A DNA stretch of 64,000 nucleotides from an uncultured Acidimicrobiales bacterium (GTDB lineage: Bacteria; Actinomycetota; Acidimicrobiia; Acidimicrobiales; VFJN01): NCBI GenBank assembly GCA_963735395.1, contig CAVTKV010000013.1, positions 23,861 to 87,860 on the forward strand, written 5' to 3'. Within the stretch, counting starts at the first letter, position 1, and every line of letters begins with the position of its first letter. The translations under genes and the position numbers were made by a program. The notes beneath the pieces were generated by a model. The model was given only the letters and a program-made list of their open reading frames with translations, made no database searches and was not told the origin of the DNA. Shown here one piece after another: positions 19,416 through 28,898 of this stretch.

Positions 19416-20678
19416 GTGGCTCCACAACAGGCGGTGACCGTCGTGGCCGAGGTCCGGCCGGGGGAGGCCGAGGCGCTGACGTCGGACCTGGAAGCGATCG
19501 ACAAGGACGATCGCCGGCGCGACCTGCTCCCGTTCGAGGATCTCCCCGTCCACTTCGCCCGGTTCGTGGTCGTCGACGAGTCGATCGATCCCGAGGGGCG
19601 AACGATCCCTGCCCAGCTGCTCTTCCTGAGCGACATCGACGGCCCGCTGCGGACCTACCTGAGCCGCCTGGTCGACGCGGCGGGGGAGGGGCTCGATGAG
19701 ATCTACCGGCACTGCGTGGGCTATCCCGCCGTCCCCACGGTGAGGGACCGGAAGCAGTACCTCAAGCGACACATGGCCCGGGCCGCGGCCGCGTACATCA
19801 ACACCGTGGGCCGATCGGTGGAACAGGTGCGCCACGACGCGGAGGTGCGCCACGCGATCGACGACTTCCTCGACGACCACGACTGGGCGGGGCAGAGCCC
19901 GGCCGCCGTTCGGGCGGCGGTCCAGGAGTTCGTCGGTTCCAAGCCATCCCTGCGGGCCTCGCTGCGGCCCGCGCCGCGACCGAGCCTGTGGTGGCGAGTA
20001 AAGGAGGGCGCCCACCTGGTCGCAACCGTCGCCGTCCTGGTCGCCCTCCTGCCGGTCCTGCTCGCGGTCGTGCCCGTGTGGCTCGTCGCCGTCCGCATCC
20101 AGGAGATCCGGGACGTGCCCGACACGCCGCCCCCCGACCCCGCCCACGCCGACCGTCTGGCCGGGGCCGAAGGGCACCTGGTGCAGAACCAGTTCAGCGC
20201 CGTCGGCTTCGTCAAGCCCGGGTGGCTGCGCCGGACGACCGTCTCGACGGTTCTGTGGGCGGTGAACCTCTCGTCCCGGCACGTCTTCAACCACGGGAAC
20301 CTGGCCGGCATCCGCACCATCCACTTCGCTCGGTGGATCTTCCTCGACGGCAAGCGCCGGGTGATCTTCGCCAGCAACTACGACGGTTCGCTCGAGAGCT
20401 ACATGGACGACTTCATCGACAAGGTGGCGTGGGGGCTCAACGCCGCGTTCAGCAACGGCCGCGGTTACCCCCGGACGCGGTGGCTGGTGCTCGGCGGCGC
20501 CAGAGACGAGCCCGCCTTCAAGAACTTCCTGCGCAACCACCAGATCCCGACCCAGATCTGGTACTCGGCCTACGGCGACCTCACCGCGGTCAACGCCGCC
20601 GGCAACGCAGCCATCCGGGACGGTCTCCACGGCACGATGACCGCCCGGCAGCTCGACGAGTGGGTGGCGCGGCTGTGA
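19416..20678 (+). CDS. hypothetical membrane-anchored protein with an internally duplicated 'HFAR(F/W)' domain
   Basis: Two halves each carry ...(V/I)HFAR(F/W)(V/I)(V/F)(V/L)D... (LPVHFARFVVVDE and IRTIHFARWIFLDG), separated by a TM helix (HLVATVAVLVALLPVLLAVVPVWLVAV). The TGA stop overlaps the GTG start of the DyP gene. Confidence 0.7.
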   Translation: MAPQQAVTVVAEVRPGEAEALTSDLEAIDKDDRRRDLLPFEDLPVHFARFVVVDESIDPEGRTIPAQLLFLSDIDGPLRTYLSRLVDAAGEGLDEIYRHCVGYPAVPTVRDRKQYLKRHMARAAAAYINTVGRSVEQVRHDAEVRHAIDDFLDDHDWAGQSPAAVRAAVQEFVGSKPSLRASLRPAPRPSLWWRVKEGAHLVATVAVLVALLPVLLAVVPVWLVAVRIQEIRDVPDTPPPDPAHADRLAGAEGHLVQNQFSAVGFVKPGWLRRTTVSTVLWAVNLSSRHVFNHGNLAGIRTIHFARWIFLDGKRRVIFASNYDGSLESYMDDFIDKVAWGLNAAFSNGRGYPRTRWLVLGGARDEPAFKNFLRNHQIPTQIWYSAYGDLTAVNAAGNAAIRDGLHGTMTARQLDEWVARL

Positions 20679-22078
20679 CCGCCCCGACCCTCGAGCTCGA
20701 CGACATCCAGGGCATCGTCGCCGCCGGGTACGCCCACCTTCCCTCGGCCTGCTTCGTGCTCCTCCGCGTCGAACCCGATGCGGACGGCCGGGCGCGGGAG
20801 GCCAAGGCGTGGCTTGCCCGGGTGGCCGAGCGCGTGACGACGGCACGGCAACGCCAGGACCGGCAGAGCACGAACGTGGCGCTCACCCACCACGGCCTGA
20901 TCGCCCTCGGCCTCGACCCCGAGGCGGCCGGCTCGTTCGCCGCCGAGTTCGTCGACGGCATGACCGCACCCCACCGCAGCCGCTGGCTCGGGGACACCGG
21001 CGAAAGCGCGCCGACCAACTGGCGCTGGGGTGGGCACGGCAACCCGGTCGTCGACGTCGTCCTCCTGCTCTACGCCGCCGACGACGAGTCGCTCGAGGAG
21101 CTGCACCGGTTGCACGTCTCGGACCTCGGCGCGAGCCGGCTGGTCGAGGTGGCGCGGCTCGGCACCAGCGCGCTCGGTCCCACCGAGCCGTTCGGGTTCG
21201 CCGACGGGATCGCACAACCGGTCGTCGACGGCCTCGGGGCGACCGGGCCGGCGGCCGACACGGTGCAGCCCGGCGAGTTCATCCTCGGCTACCGCAACGA
21301 GTACGGCCTGACCCCGGTGTCGCCGACCGTCGCCGACGCCGACGACCCCGGCGGCGTCCTGGCCCCGGCGCCGGGCGAGGGCCGCCGTGATCTCGGACGC
21401 AATGGCACCTACCTGGTCTTCCGGGAGCTCCGTCAGGACACCGAGGGCTTCCGGGCGTTCCTCGACGAATCGACGCGCCGCCCCGACGGAAGCAGTGATC
21501 CCGCGGCGGCCACGCGATTGGCGGCCAAGATGGTCGGCCGCTGGCCCAGCGGCGCCCCGCTGGTACTCGCCCCCCACGCCGACGACCCGGCCCTCGGACG
21601 GGCCAACGACTTCGGCTACTTCCACGTCGACCGCGACGGCTTGCGCTGCCCCGTCGGCGCCCACATCCGCCGCGCCAACCCCCGCGACTCCCTCGACCCC
21701 GACCCGGGCTCGGCCGCCTCGATCGCCGTCGGGAAGCGGCACCGGATCATCCGCCGGGGGCGCGAGCGTGGGCCCAACGGCACCCCCGGCGCCGCAGAAC
21801 CGGCTGATCGGGGGCTGCACTTCGTCTGCCTGAACGCCAACCTTGCGCGGCAGTTCGAGTTCATCCAGGGCACCTGGTGCAACAACCCGAAGTTCGCCGG
21901 GCTCTACGAGGACCGTGATCCGCTCGTGACGACCGAGCCGGACCAGACCTTCCGGGTGCCGGGCCGTCCGGTCCGCACCCGCTACACCGGCATCCCCAGC
22001 TTCGTGCGGGTCGTCGGGGGCGCCTACTTCTTCTTGCCCGGCGTCAGGGCGCTGCGTTTCCTGGCCGGGCGTGCATGA
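20675..22078 (+). CDS. DyP-type (dye-decolorizing) heme peroxidase
   Basis: N-terminal LELDDIQGIVAAGY hallmark, GFADGIAQP (GxxDG) and proximal-His region GAHIRRANPRD. The GTG at 20675 overlaps the upstream stop (GTGA). Confidence 0.9.
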   Translation: MTAPTLELDDIQGIVAAGYAHLPSACFVLLRVEPDADGRAREAKAWLARVAERVTTARQRQDRQSTNVALTHHGLIALGLDPEAAGSFAAEFVDGMTAPHRSRWLGDTGESAPTNWRWGGHGNPVVDVVLLLYAADDESLEELHRLHVSDLGASRLVEVARLGTSALGPTEPFGFADGIAQPVVDGLGATGPAADTVQPGEFILGYRNEYGLTPVSPTVADADDPGGVLAPAPGEGRRDLGRNGTYLVFRELRQDTEGFRAFLDESTRRPDGSSDPAAATRLAAKMVGRWPSGAPLVLAPHADDPALGRANDFGYFHVDRDGLRCPVGAHIRRANPRDSLDPDPGSAASIAVGKRHRIIRRGRERGPNGTPGAAEPADRGLHFVCLNANLARQFEFIQGTWCNNPKFAGLYEDRDPLVTTEPDQTFRVPGRPVRTRYTGIPSFVRVVGGAYFFLPGVRALRFLAGRA

Positions 22079-23256
22079 CGGCGGCCCGCCGGCTCAACGA
22101 CCTGCTCGTGGCCCTCATCAACGCCGAACGGCGGGTCGACCCCTACATCCGCCCGACGTTCGATCGGCTGTTCCGGCGGCGGGTGGCCAACGGGGTGCAG
22201 CGGCTCATCGTGGCCCGGCGCACCCACGACGACGCCCTCCTGGGTGAGGAGACGCTCCTCCCCGACGAGGCCGAGATCACCGCTGCCATCATCGAGGCCA
22301 TGTCGGCGTTCACCCACCGGACCTACGACCACGCCCTGCCGGCGCAACGGGCGGGCAACACGAAGACCTACGGCGTCGTTCGGGCCGACGTCGAGGTGTC
22401 GCCGGACCTCCCGGCCGACCTCCGCCATGGCCTGTTCGCCGCGCCCCGCCTGTTCCCGGCCTGGGTGCGGTTCGCGGGGCCCGGCCCGCTGGCGCCGGCC
22501 GACCTCAAGGACAACGGCGTCCTCAGCATCGGGGTCAAGGTCATGGGCGTCCCCGGACCGAAGCTGCTTGACGACGAGCAGTGGACGCAGGACCTCACCG
22601 GCATCAGCGCCCCCACCTTCACCACCCCGACAGTCGCCGAGAACGTCAAGCTGCAACGCCGCATCGGCGACGGCACGCCGATCCTCTACTTCCTGCACCC
22701 GGGCGACTCGCACGTGCTCGACGGGCTCATGCAGGGTCTGTACGCCAAGACGCAGACCAACCCCCTGTACGAGCAGTACTGGAGCTGCTCGTCCTACCGG
22801 CTGGGCGACCGGCAGGCGATCCATTACTCGATCAGGCCCCGCCGGGTGGTCCGCACCCGGATGCCCCGCCGCCCGTCGGACGACTACCTGCGTGAGGCCA
22901 TGGTCGCCACCCTCGCCCGCACCGCCGTCGACTTCGACATCCTGGTCCAGCGGCAGACCGACGCCCGCCGGATGCCGATCGAGGACGACGGTGTCGAGTG
23001 GCCCGAGTCGTTGTCGCCGTGCGTTCCCGTCGCCACGCTGCACGTTCCCGCGCAGCGATTCGACTCCGACCGCCAGCTGGCCTTCGCCGGCAACCTGTCG
23101 TACAACCCCTGGCACTCGCTCACGGCACATCGCCCGTTGGGCAGCCAGAACCGCGCCCGCCGCGCCATCTACCTCCAGCTCTCGGGGCTGCGGCAGCGCA
23201 TGAGCGGGACACCCCACGTCGAGCCCACCGGCGACGAGTCCTTCGACGACGGGTAG
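22075..23256 (+). CDS. catalase-related heme protein (small catalase family / allene-oxide-synthase-like)
   Basis: Catalase core-like segments (YGVVRADVEV..., VRFAGPGPLAPADLKDNGVLSIGVKVMG...). The ATG at 22075 overlaps the DyP stop (ATGA). Confidence 0.7.
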   Translation: MTAARRLNDLLVALINAERRVDPYIRPTFDRLFRRRVANGVQRLIVARRTHDDALLGEETLLPDEAEITAAIIEAMSAFTHRTYDHALPAQRAGNTKTYGVVRADVEVSPDLPADLRHGLFAAPRLFPAWVRFAGPGPLAPADLKDNGVLSIGVKVMGVPGPKLLDDEQWTQDLTGISAPTFTTPTVAENVKLQRRIGDGTPILYFLHPGDSHVLDGLMQGLYAKTQTNPLYEQYWSCSSYRLGDRQAIHYSIRPRRVVRTRMPRRPSDDYLREAMVATLARTAVDFDILVQRQTDARRMPIEDDGVEWPESLSPCVPVATLHVPAQRFDSDRQLAFAGNLSYNPWHSLTAHRPLGSQNRARRAIYLQLSGLRQRMSGTPHVEPTGDESFDDG

Positions 23257-23521
23257 ATCAGGCCGGTACGTGCTGACATCAGGCCCGTACGCCGATCAGG
23301 ACGACGAGGCGCCCATAAGCTGCTCGGTTCGCTTGGCTTCCCTCGTCAGACGTATGAGACACCTGCCATGCCATAGGTGTGCCAAATGACGCTGTGTTGT
23401 CGTTCCTGATGGCACACGCTCCCGGGGATTGCTGAAGATCAGCAAGGTCACGGGGTTGACACTCCGGGGTTTGACAGCACCGTTTGCGATCCCGCATCCA
23501 GTGCGCGAGGAGGTGGACTGG

Positions 23522-25018
23522 ATGTTGGCCATCCGGCGGCTCATCGGTCGGATGCTCGCCGTAGCGCTGGTCACCGCGTCCACGCTCCTCGTTCCTGCCG
23601 CGGGGCAGACAAGCGCCGGCCCGACCCAGCGGTCGCCCGCACTGACACTCGAGCCCAGCGAAGGACCACCCGGCACACGGGTGACAGCTACTGGTGACGG
23701 ATACGACGACTGCTTCCCGACCGTCGACGACGTCGAGCTGACGGTGCCGGAGGGGCCTGGCCGGCTGTCGTTGTCGAAGCCGGCGACGCAACCGACACAG
23801 TCGACGAGCGGCGAGGTTTCCCTCACCTGGGACAGCAGGAGGCTCGCCACTGCTGTGATCGACGGTGGAACCTTTTCGGCGACCTTCCTGGCTCCCGACT
23901 CGGCGTCTCTCGACACCATCTATGTCGTCAGAGGGCAGTGCGCGGACGACGCGGATGTGGTGGCGTCCGCGGAGTTCAGCGTGATCCGTCCCGTGGAGGT
24001 GCCGGTCGTCGTCCCGAACCTCGTCGGAACGACGATCGGCGAGGCACACGCTGCCCTGGAGGACGCGGGGCTCGCACTCGGCCAGGCCTCGGGCACCGGC
24101 GACGTGATTCGGCGCCAGGACCCGACCGCTGGGACAGAGGTCTCGCCAGGCACAGCCATCGATGTCAGTTTGGCAACCGAGGAACCTGATCTCGTGGTCG
24201 TGCCCGACCTCGTGGACACCTCGTTGAACGACGCCCCGGGTGTTCTGGAGCCGTTAGGGCTCTTGCTCGGCAGCGTGTCGGGCGACGGCAAGGTGATCCG
24301 CAGCCAGAGCCCGCTTCCGGAAACCGAGGTTCGGCGGGGAACCGGCGTCGATGTCACCGTGGGATCATCGGCGCCGCGGTTGGTGACGGTTCCCGACGTG
24401 GTGGGCTCGAGCGTCGATGATGCTCCGGGCATCCTCGAGTCGACGGGTCTGGTGCTGGGCCAGGTTGCGGGCAGTGGCGACGTGATCCGCGGCCAGAACC
24501 CGGCCACAGGAGCCCGGGTTCCCAGAGGAAGCGCCGTCAATGTCACCGTGCAGGCCACGGTACCCCCGGAGCAACCAGTGGAAGTGCCCGACCTCGTCAA
24601 CGGCACGGTGGACGACGCGCGGGCTGCGCTGGAGGATGTCGGGCTCGCTCTCGGCAATGATTCCGGCAGCGGCAGAGCCGTGGAGCGTCAGGAGCCGGCC
24701 GCTGGAACTCTGGTCCCGGCGGGTACCGAAATCACGGTCACCCCGGCCACTGTCCCCGTTTCCGAGCGGACTCCGGTGTGGGTTGTCGCTGCGGCCCTGA
24801 TCCTGCTCGGCGCCGCGCTGTTGATCCCTCGTTCCGTTCGGGCGCGGCGGCGGCCGAGTTGGGTGCGCACGCATGTCCGAGTTGTCGCGCGAACCGGGCC
24901 CGCCAGAGATGTCAAGTTCACACAATCACTAGCCGATCCGTCGACGCCGACGTGTGTGGTGCGCCTCGAGCCCCACGCCGACGGCGGCAAACAGGTCCTC
25001 GTGGAGGTCGACCCATGA
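23522..25018 (+). CDS. secreted PASTA-domain protein (signal peptide, 4 PASTA repeats, C-terminal TM anchor)
   Basis: N-terminal signal peptide MLAIRRLIGRMLAVALVTASTLLVPAAG. Four roughly 70-aa repeats of the form VVPNLVGTTIGEAHAALEDAGLALGQ...G.V.RQ.P..G..V. C-terminal helix VWVVAAALILLGAALLI plus an RRR tail. RBS GAGGAGGTGG. Confidence 0.85.
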   Translation: MLAIRRLIGRMLAVALVTASTLLVPAAGQTSAGPTQRSPALTLEPSEGPPGTRVTATGDGYDDCFPTVDDVELTVPEGPGRLSLSKPATQPTQSTSGEVSLTWDSRRLATAVIDGGTFSATFLAPDSASLDTIYVVRGQCADDADVVASAEFSVIRPVEVPVVVPNLVGTTIGEAHAALEDAGLALGQASGTGDVIRRQDPTAGTEVSPGTAIDVSLATEEPDLVVVPDLVDTSLNDAPGVLEPLGLLLGSVSGDGKVIRSQSPLPETEVRRGTGVDVTVGSSAPRLVTVPDVVGSSVDDAPGILESTGLVLGQVAGSGDVIRGQNPATGARVPRGSAVNVTVQATVPPEQPVEVPDLVNGTVDDARAALEDVGLALGNDSGSGRAVERQEPAAGTLVPAGTEITVTPATVPVSERTPVWVVAAALILLGAALLIPRSVRARRRPSWVRTHVRVVARTGPARDVKFTQSLADPSTPTCVVRLEPHADGGKQVLVEVDP

Positions 25019-25677
25019 GCTCAGCCAACCTCACCCCGCCGCTGACGGCACGGACATTCCTTCTTGGTGACGCCGAAACCGACGACACCGCGGAGGTCCT
25101 CGCCCGCGAGCTCAGCCAACACGATGTCGCCCGGTCGGCGCTCCGCGGCCTCCCCCGCCTCTCCGGCTCGGCGCTGCAGGCCGTCCACGGGGAGATAGCA
25201 ACGGTTGCCGCAGGACTTCTCGATCTCGGCCTCGGCGACGCCCTGGTATCCGGTTGGCGCAAGTACGTCGCCATGACCAAAGCCGCCAGGCGCACGCTTG
25301 TCGTTCCGGGGAGCGAAGCGGTCGTGGTGCTGGCGACTCATCGCGTCACCTGGCCATACGAGGCGCACATCGACGTGCTCGTCGACGGGAAGAAGATCGC
25401 GAGCTTCGATTTCGAGATGACGGTCGTCTTCGACCTCCATGGCGTCGTGGCCGTCTTGCGCCTCGGCGACCTCGTGGCACTGCGCGGCGGCGAGTGCACC
25501 ATCACGGCGACGCTCACACTCGAAGGAGCAACGTTGGCGCGCCAGCAAAGACGCATGGATGCCGCGGTCGTGGTCTCGCTGGACCCGCCCGTCCCGATGT
25601 TCGGGGACGCCGCCACCGCCAGCGCCCGGCGGCGACATCGCAGCGCACCTACGCCATTGCCGGCGCCTCGCCTCTGA
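25015..25677 (+). CDS. hypothetical protein, translationally coupled to the PASTA gene
   Basis: The ATG at 25015 overlaps the PASTA-gene stop (ATGA). 220 aa with no recognisable family. Confidence 0.55.
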   Translation: MSSANLTPPLTARTFLLGDAETDDTAEVLARELSQHDVARSALRGLPRLSGSALQAVHGEIATVAAGLLDLGLGDALVSGWRKYVAMTKAARRTLVVPGSEAVVVLATHRVTWPYEAHIDVLVDGKKIASFDFEMTVVFDLHGVVAVLRLGDLVALRGGECTITATLTLEGATLARQQRRMDAAVVVSLDPPVPMFGDAATASARRRHRSAPTPLPAPRL

Positions 25678-25711
25678 CCGCGCCCGCAGGTGGCGTGGTC
25701 TGGAACGCAGT

Positions 25712-25733
25712 GCTTGAGTCCGCACTGCTCCAC
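25712..25733 (+). terminator. putative stem-loop (7-bp perfect stem GCAGTGC/GCACTGC, 8-nt loop) downstream of 25015..25677
   Basis: Seen directly in the sequence. There is no U-tract, which is common in high-GC actinobacteria. Confidence 0.3.
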
Positions 25734-26031
25734 GGGCGCTCGCTGATCGAGTTCATGCTCGGTGCGAAGAAGCATCGAGAACGGACGCCTGTGCCCGGTT
25801 GTGCCCAGTGACCTGGACGGGGCGACCCAGGCCGCGGCTGCCACGCCCGAACGGCGTCGTCATGCCCCCCAGCAGGGCGACATCCCGGAACCGGTGAGCG
25901 ACTGATATCCACTCGGGCTCAACCGGTCGGGTAGCCGACTTCAGGCCGGGTCGGATGCCGCGTACGCGCCCGACGGCGAGCCCCCGACCGGCGCGGTGTC
26001 CGGCATGGGTGGCGCCACCGCGCTCCTGCTG

Positions 26032-26814
26032 CTATAGCGCCGGAGTGCGGGCGGCGCAAGCCGTCACCCGGGTCGCCGCACCGGGCTCCTCGTCGTCGCG
26101 GCGGAGGAGCGAGGCGAGCGCGTCCGTGTCGCAGCGCTCGAAGGCCATGACGCAGCGCGACAGCAGCTCGTGGTGCGGTCGGCCGCCGGATCCGGTTCCG
26201 TGGCGGTCGGGATCGATGCCCGTACCCAGGGCGGACCGTGCCCGCTGGAGGGCGCTGTTGGTCGACGCAACGGAGGCATCGAGCAGCTCGGCCACCTCGG
26301 CGGCGCGCCATCCCAGGCCGTCCCGGAGCACGAGCACCGTTCGCTGGCGGGGTGGGAGGCGGCTCAGCGCGACGACGAACGCCCGCCGGACCGCGTCGCG
26401 CTCGGCGACGGCGTCGGCCGGACAGCGGTCGGCGGCCGCTCCGGCCTGCTCGTCGGTTGGAACGCCGAGCGTCCGGGCCCGCCGCTGGGGGGCCCGGAGC
26501 ATGGAGAGGCAGACGTTGGTGGCGATGCGATAGAGCCAGGTCCGCAGGCTGGCTCGACTGTCGAAGCGATCCATGGCCCGCCACGCGCGCACCAGCGTCT
26601 CCTGCACGGCGTCGTCGGCCTCGAAGGACGAGCCGAGCATCCGGCGACAGTGGGCTCGTAGCTCGGGGCGGTGGCTCTCCAACCGGAGCTCGGGACGACC
26701 ATCGGCGGATCGCCGCCTGTCCCGGGCGTGCGCTCGAGAGAGGACCCGGTCGGATGGCTCGTCGCCATCCGTGTCCGGGCGCGCTGAGGCTGGGGCAGAG
26801 AGGGCGGTGGGCAT
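26032..26814 (-). CDS. ECF-type sigma-70 factor (SigJ/ECF41-like architecture with a short C-terminal extension)
   Basis: Region 2 (ELRAHCRRMLGSSFEADDAVQETLVRAWRAMDRFD...LRTWLYRIATNVCLSMLR) and region 4 (RTVLVLRDGLGWRAAEVAELLDASVASTNSALQRAR). The C-terminal HELLSRCVMAFERCDTDALASLL looks like the start of a SnoaL-like domain but is truncated. Confidence 0.8.
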   Translation of the reverse strand: MPTALSAPASARPDTDGDEPSDRVLSRAHARDRRRSADGRPELRLESHRPELRAHCRRMLGSSFEADDAVQETLVRAWRAMDRFDSRASLRTWLYRIATNVCLSMLRAPQRRARTLGVPTDEQAGAAADRCPADAVAERDAVRRAFVVALSRLPPRQRTVLVLRDGLGWRAAEVAELLDASVASTNSALQRARSALGTGIDPDRHGTGSGGRPHHELLSRCVMAFERCDTDALASLLRRDDEEPGAATRVTACAARTPAL

Positions 26815-26931
26815 CGGGCGTCCTTCGCTCGGCGGCTGCGGCGCCTGTCACCGGCGCCGACGAGAGCAAGGTACGAAGGGCTCCGTCATAAGGCAAAGAC
26901 AGGTGAGGTCTCGCTGCCATAGTGTCTCGTT

Positions 26932-27861
26932 ATGGAGCTTCGCCAGCTGTCCTATTTCGTCGCCGTCGCCGAGGAGGGGCAGGTCACGCGAGCCGCCGAA
27001 CGCGTCTCGGTCGCGCAGCCCGCGGTCAGCGCACAGATCCGCCGGCTCGAACGAGAGTTGGGCGAGACGCTGTTCCACCGCGACCAGCGGGGCGTAACCC
27101 TCACGGCGGCCGGTGCGGCCTTCCTTCCCCACGCCCGCGCCGCGCTCGCAGCCGTGGCGCGGGGACGGGAGACGGTCACGGCCATGCGGGGCCTGCTCGA
27201 GGGCCGGCTGAGCGTCGGTGTGTCGGGACCGATGGACCGCCGCTTCGCTGCCGCGCTCGGCGACTACTCCCGAGCCCATCCTGCCATCGAGATCGCACTG
27301 CGCGAAGACAACCGGGAACGGATCGTCTCGTCGGTCGCCAAGGGCGACATCGGCGTCGCCCAGATCTGTATGACCGGTGAGCCCGTGCCTCCGTCGGTCC
27401 GCACCAAGGTGGTCACGGTCGACCCTCTGGTGCTCGCGGTCAGTGCGGGCCACCGCTTCGCCGGCCGGCGGCGTGTGCTCATCAGCCAGCTCGAGGATCA
27501 ACCCTTGATCACCCTGGAGGAGGGCACCGGTCTGCGAGCGGCCGTGGAACGAGCCTGCCGCGCAGCGGGGTTCTCCCCCCGTGTCGTGGCCGAGACCACC
27601 GAGATCCGCTCGCTGCTCGACCTCACCGCCGCCGACCTCGGCGTCGCGGTCGTTCCGCAGTCGGTGGGTGACGACCCCCGCCTCGCCCTCATCGAGCTGA
27701 CCCGCCCCCGGCTCGAACGCCCCGTCGGGCTCGCCTGGAACGAGGCCGCCACCAGCCCGGCCGTCCGCGCCTTTCTCACGCTGGCCCAGCGTCACTTCGA
27801 CGATGGTGAGACAGCGATCGCCACGGTGACCGCCCTCCCGGCCCGCACGGCCGGCGAGTAG
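26932..27861 (+). CDS. LysR-family transcriptional regulator
   Basis: MELRQLSYFVAVAEEGQVTRAAERVSVAQPAVSAQIRRLERELG is the canonical LysR HTH, followed by a substrate-binding domain. Confidence 0.9.
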   Translation: MELRQLSYFVAVAEEGQVTRAAERVSVAQPAVSAQIRRLERELGETLFHRDQRGVTLTAAGAAFLPHARAALAAVARGRETVTAMRGLLEGRLSVGVSGPMDRRFAAALGDYSRAHPAIEIALREDNRERIVSSVAKGDIGVAQICMTGEPVPPSVRTKVVTVDPLVLAVSAGHRFAGRRRVLISQLEDQPLITLEEGTGLRAAVERACRAAGFSPRVVAETTEIRSLLDLTAADLGVAVVPQSVGDDPRLALIELTRPRLERPVGLAWNEAATSPAVRAFLTLAQRHFDDGETAIATVTALPARTAGE

Positions 27862-28058
27862 CCGGACCGGCCGTCCTCCCGAGCCCACGACGGTCCACCG
27901 GTCGGGGCCGACGATCGTCGATCGACGCCCGTCCGACGGGTCGGCGTGCCCCCCCGCCGCGCTGGCAGCTGAACCCGCCACCGAGCGACGCGCGGGCGGA
28001 ATCGTTGCGGCGCAGTTGTGTATGTTGTCCCCTCGCCGAGGGGCGGAGGTGAGAGGCG

Positions 28059-28893
28059 ATGGGGTGGGGACGGGTCGTCATCCGGGATCTCACCACCCAG
28101 ACCACGACGCTGGCGTCGGTGGGCGAGGAGTTCCACGCCGACCTGGCCACGTTCAGCCCCGACGGAGCGTGGCTGGCCTACACGAGCGGCGTCGTGGGGA
28201 TCGAGCGCGTCGGTGGAGCGCTGCAGGTGACCGCTCATCCCGAACCCGGCGGCATGGAGAGCCCGGCGTTCAGTCCTGACAGCGAGAAGGTCCTGTTCCG
28301 GACCTGGGAGCCGCTCGACCCCCGGGACCAGAACATCGTGGCCGACGTCTACCTCGTCGATCTCGACACCGGCGAGGTGGAGTTGGTCTCGGCCAACGAC
28401 GCCCAGAGCGGCAGCGGCAACCACATCTCCGGGGCCTACGTCGATCGGTCGGTGTTCAGTCCCGACGGCAGCAGGATCGCTTCGAGAGCTCAGCGGCGAC
28501 CTCACCCCAGGCAGACCTGCAGGAGTCTCGGAAACCGACGTCTTCGTCGCGCACTTCGTCGCCGCTTCGCAGACCGACCGTGCCATCGGTGACAACCCCG
28601 ACGACGGGCCCGGCCAGAACGCTCGAGCCTTCGGCAAGCCCGCCGGACTCAGCCCCGGGACCATCAGCATCACCGCCGGAAGCTGTGGCCAGCTCTACGA
28701 CGAGTACCGCGAAACCCTCCACTGCGACGTCGGAACGTTGCAACCCGGGGCCTCGGCCCAGCTCACCCTGGTGCTGGGTGTCGTCGCCGAGGCAGGAGCC
28801 ACCCTGGACAGCGTGGCGTTGGTCGACCTGGCGCCGACCCTCGACCCCCACGGCGAGGACAACGTCGCCCTGACGGCAGTGACGGTCGGCTAG
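28059..28893 (+). pseudogene. WD40-like beta-propeller (PD40/TolB-like repeats) plus DUF11 domain protein, frameshifted (+1) near 28485-28495
   Basis: PD40 repeats (FSPDGAWLAYTS, FSPDSEKVLF, FSPDGSRIAS) are in frame 0 up to about 28490, which then reads junk to a stop at 28592. The +1 frame continues as ...DLTPGRPAGVSETDVFVAHF...TISITAGSCGQLYDEYRETLHCDVGTLQPGASAQLTLVLGVVAEAGATLDSVALVD... (DUF11-like) to a TAG at 28893. Confidence 0.55.
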
Positions 28894-28898
28894 AGATC

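Noticed and set aside
17417-20846. Long minus-strand ORFs 17417..19636 (739 aa) and 19377..20846 (489 aa) across the heme-enzyme operon
   Set aside because: These are antisense to four coupled, homology-supported plus-strand genes, and are Arg/Gly/Asp-rich artefacts of GC-rich coding DNA.
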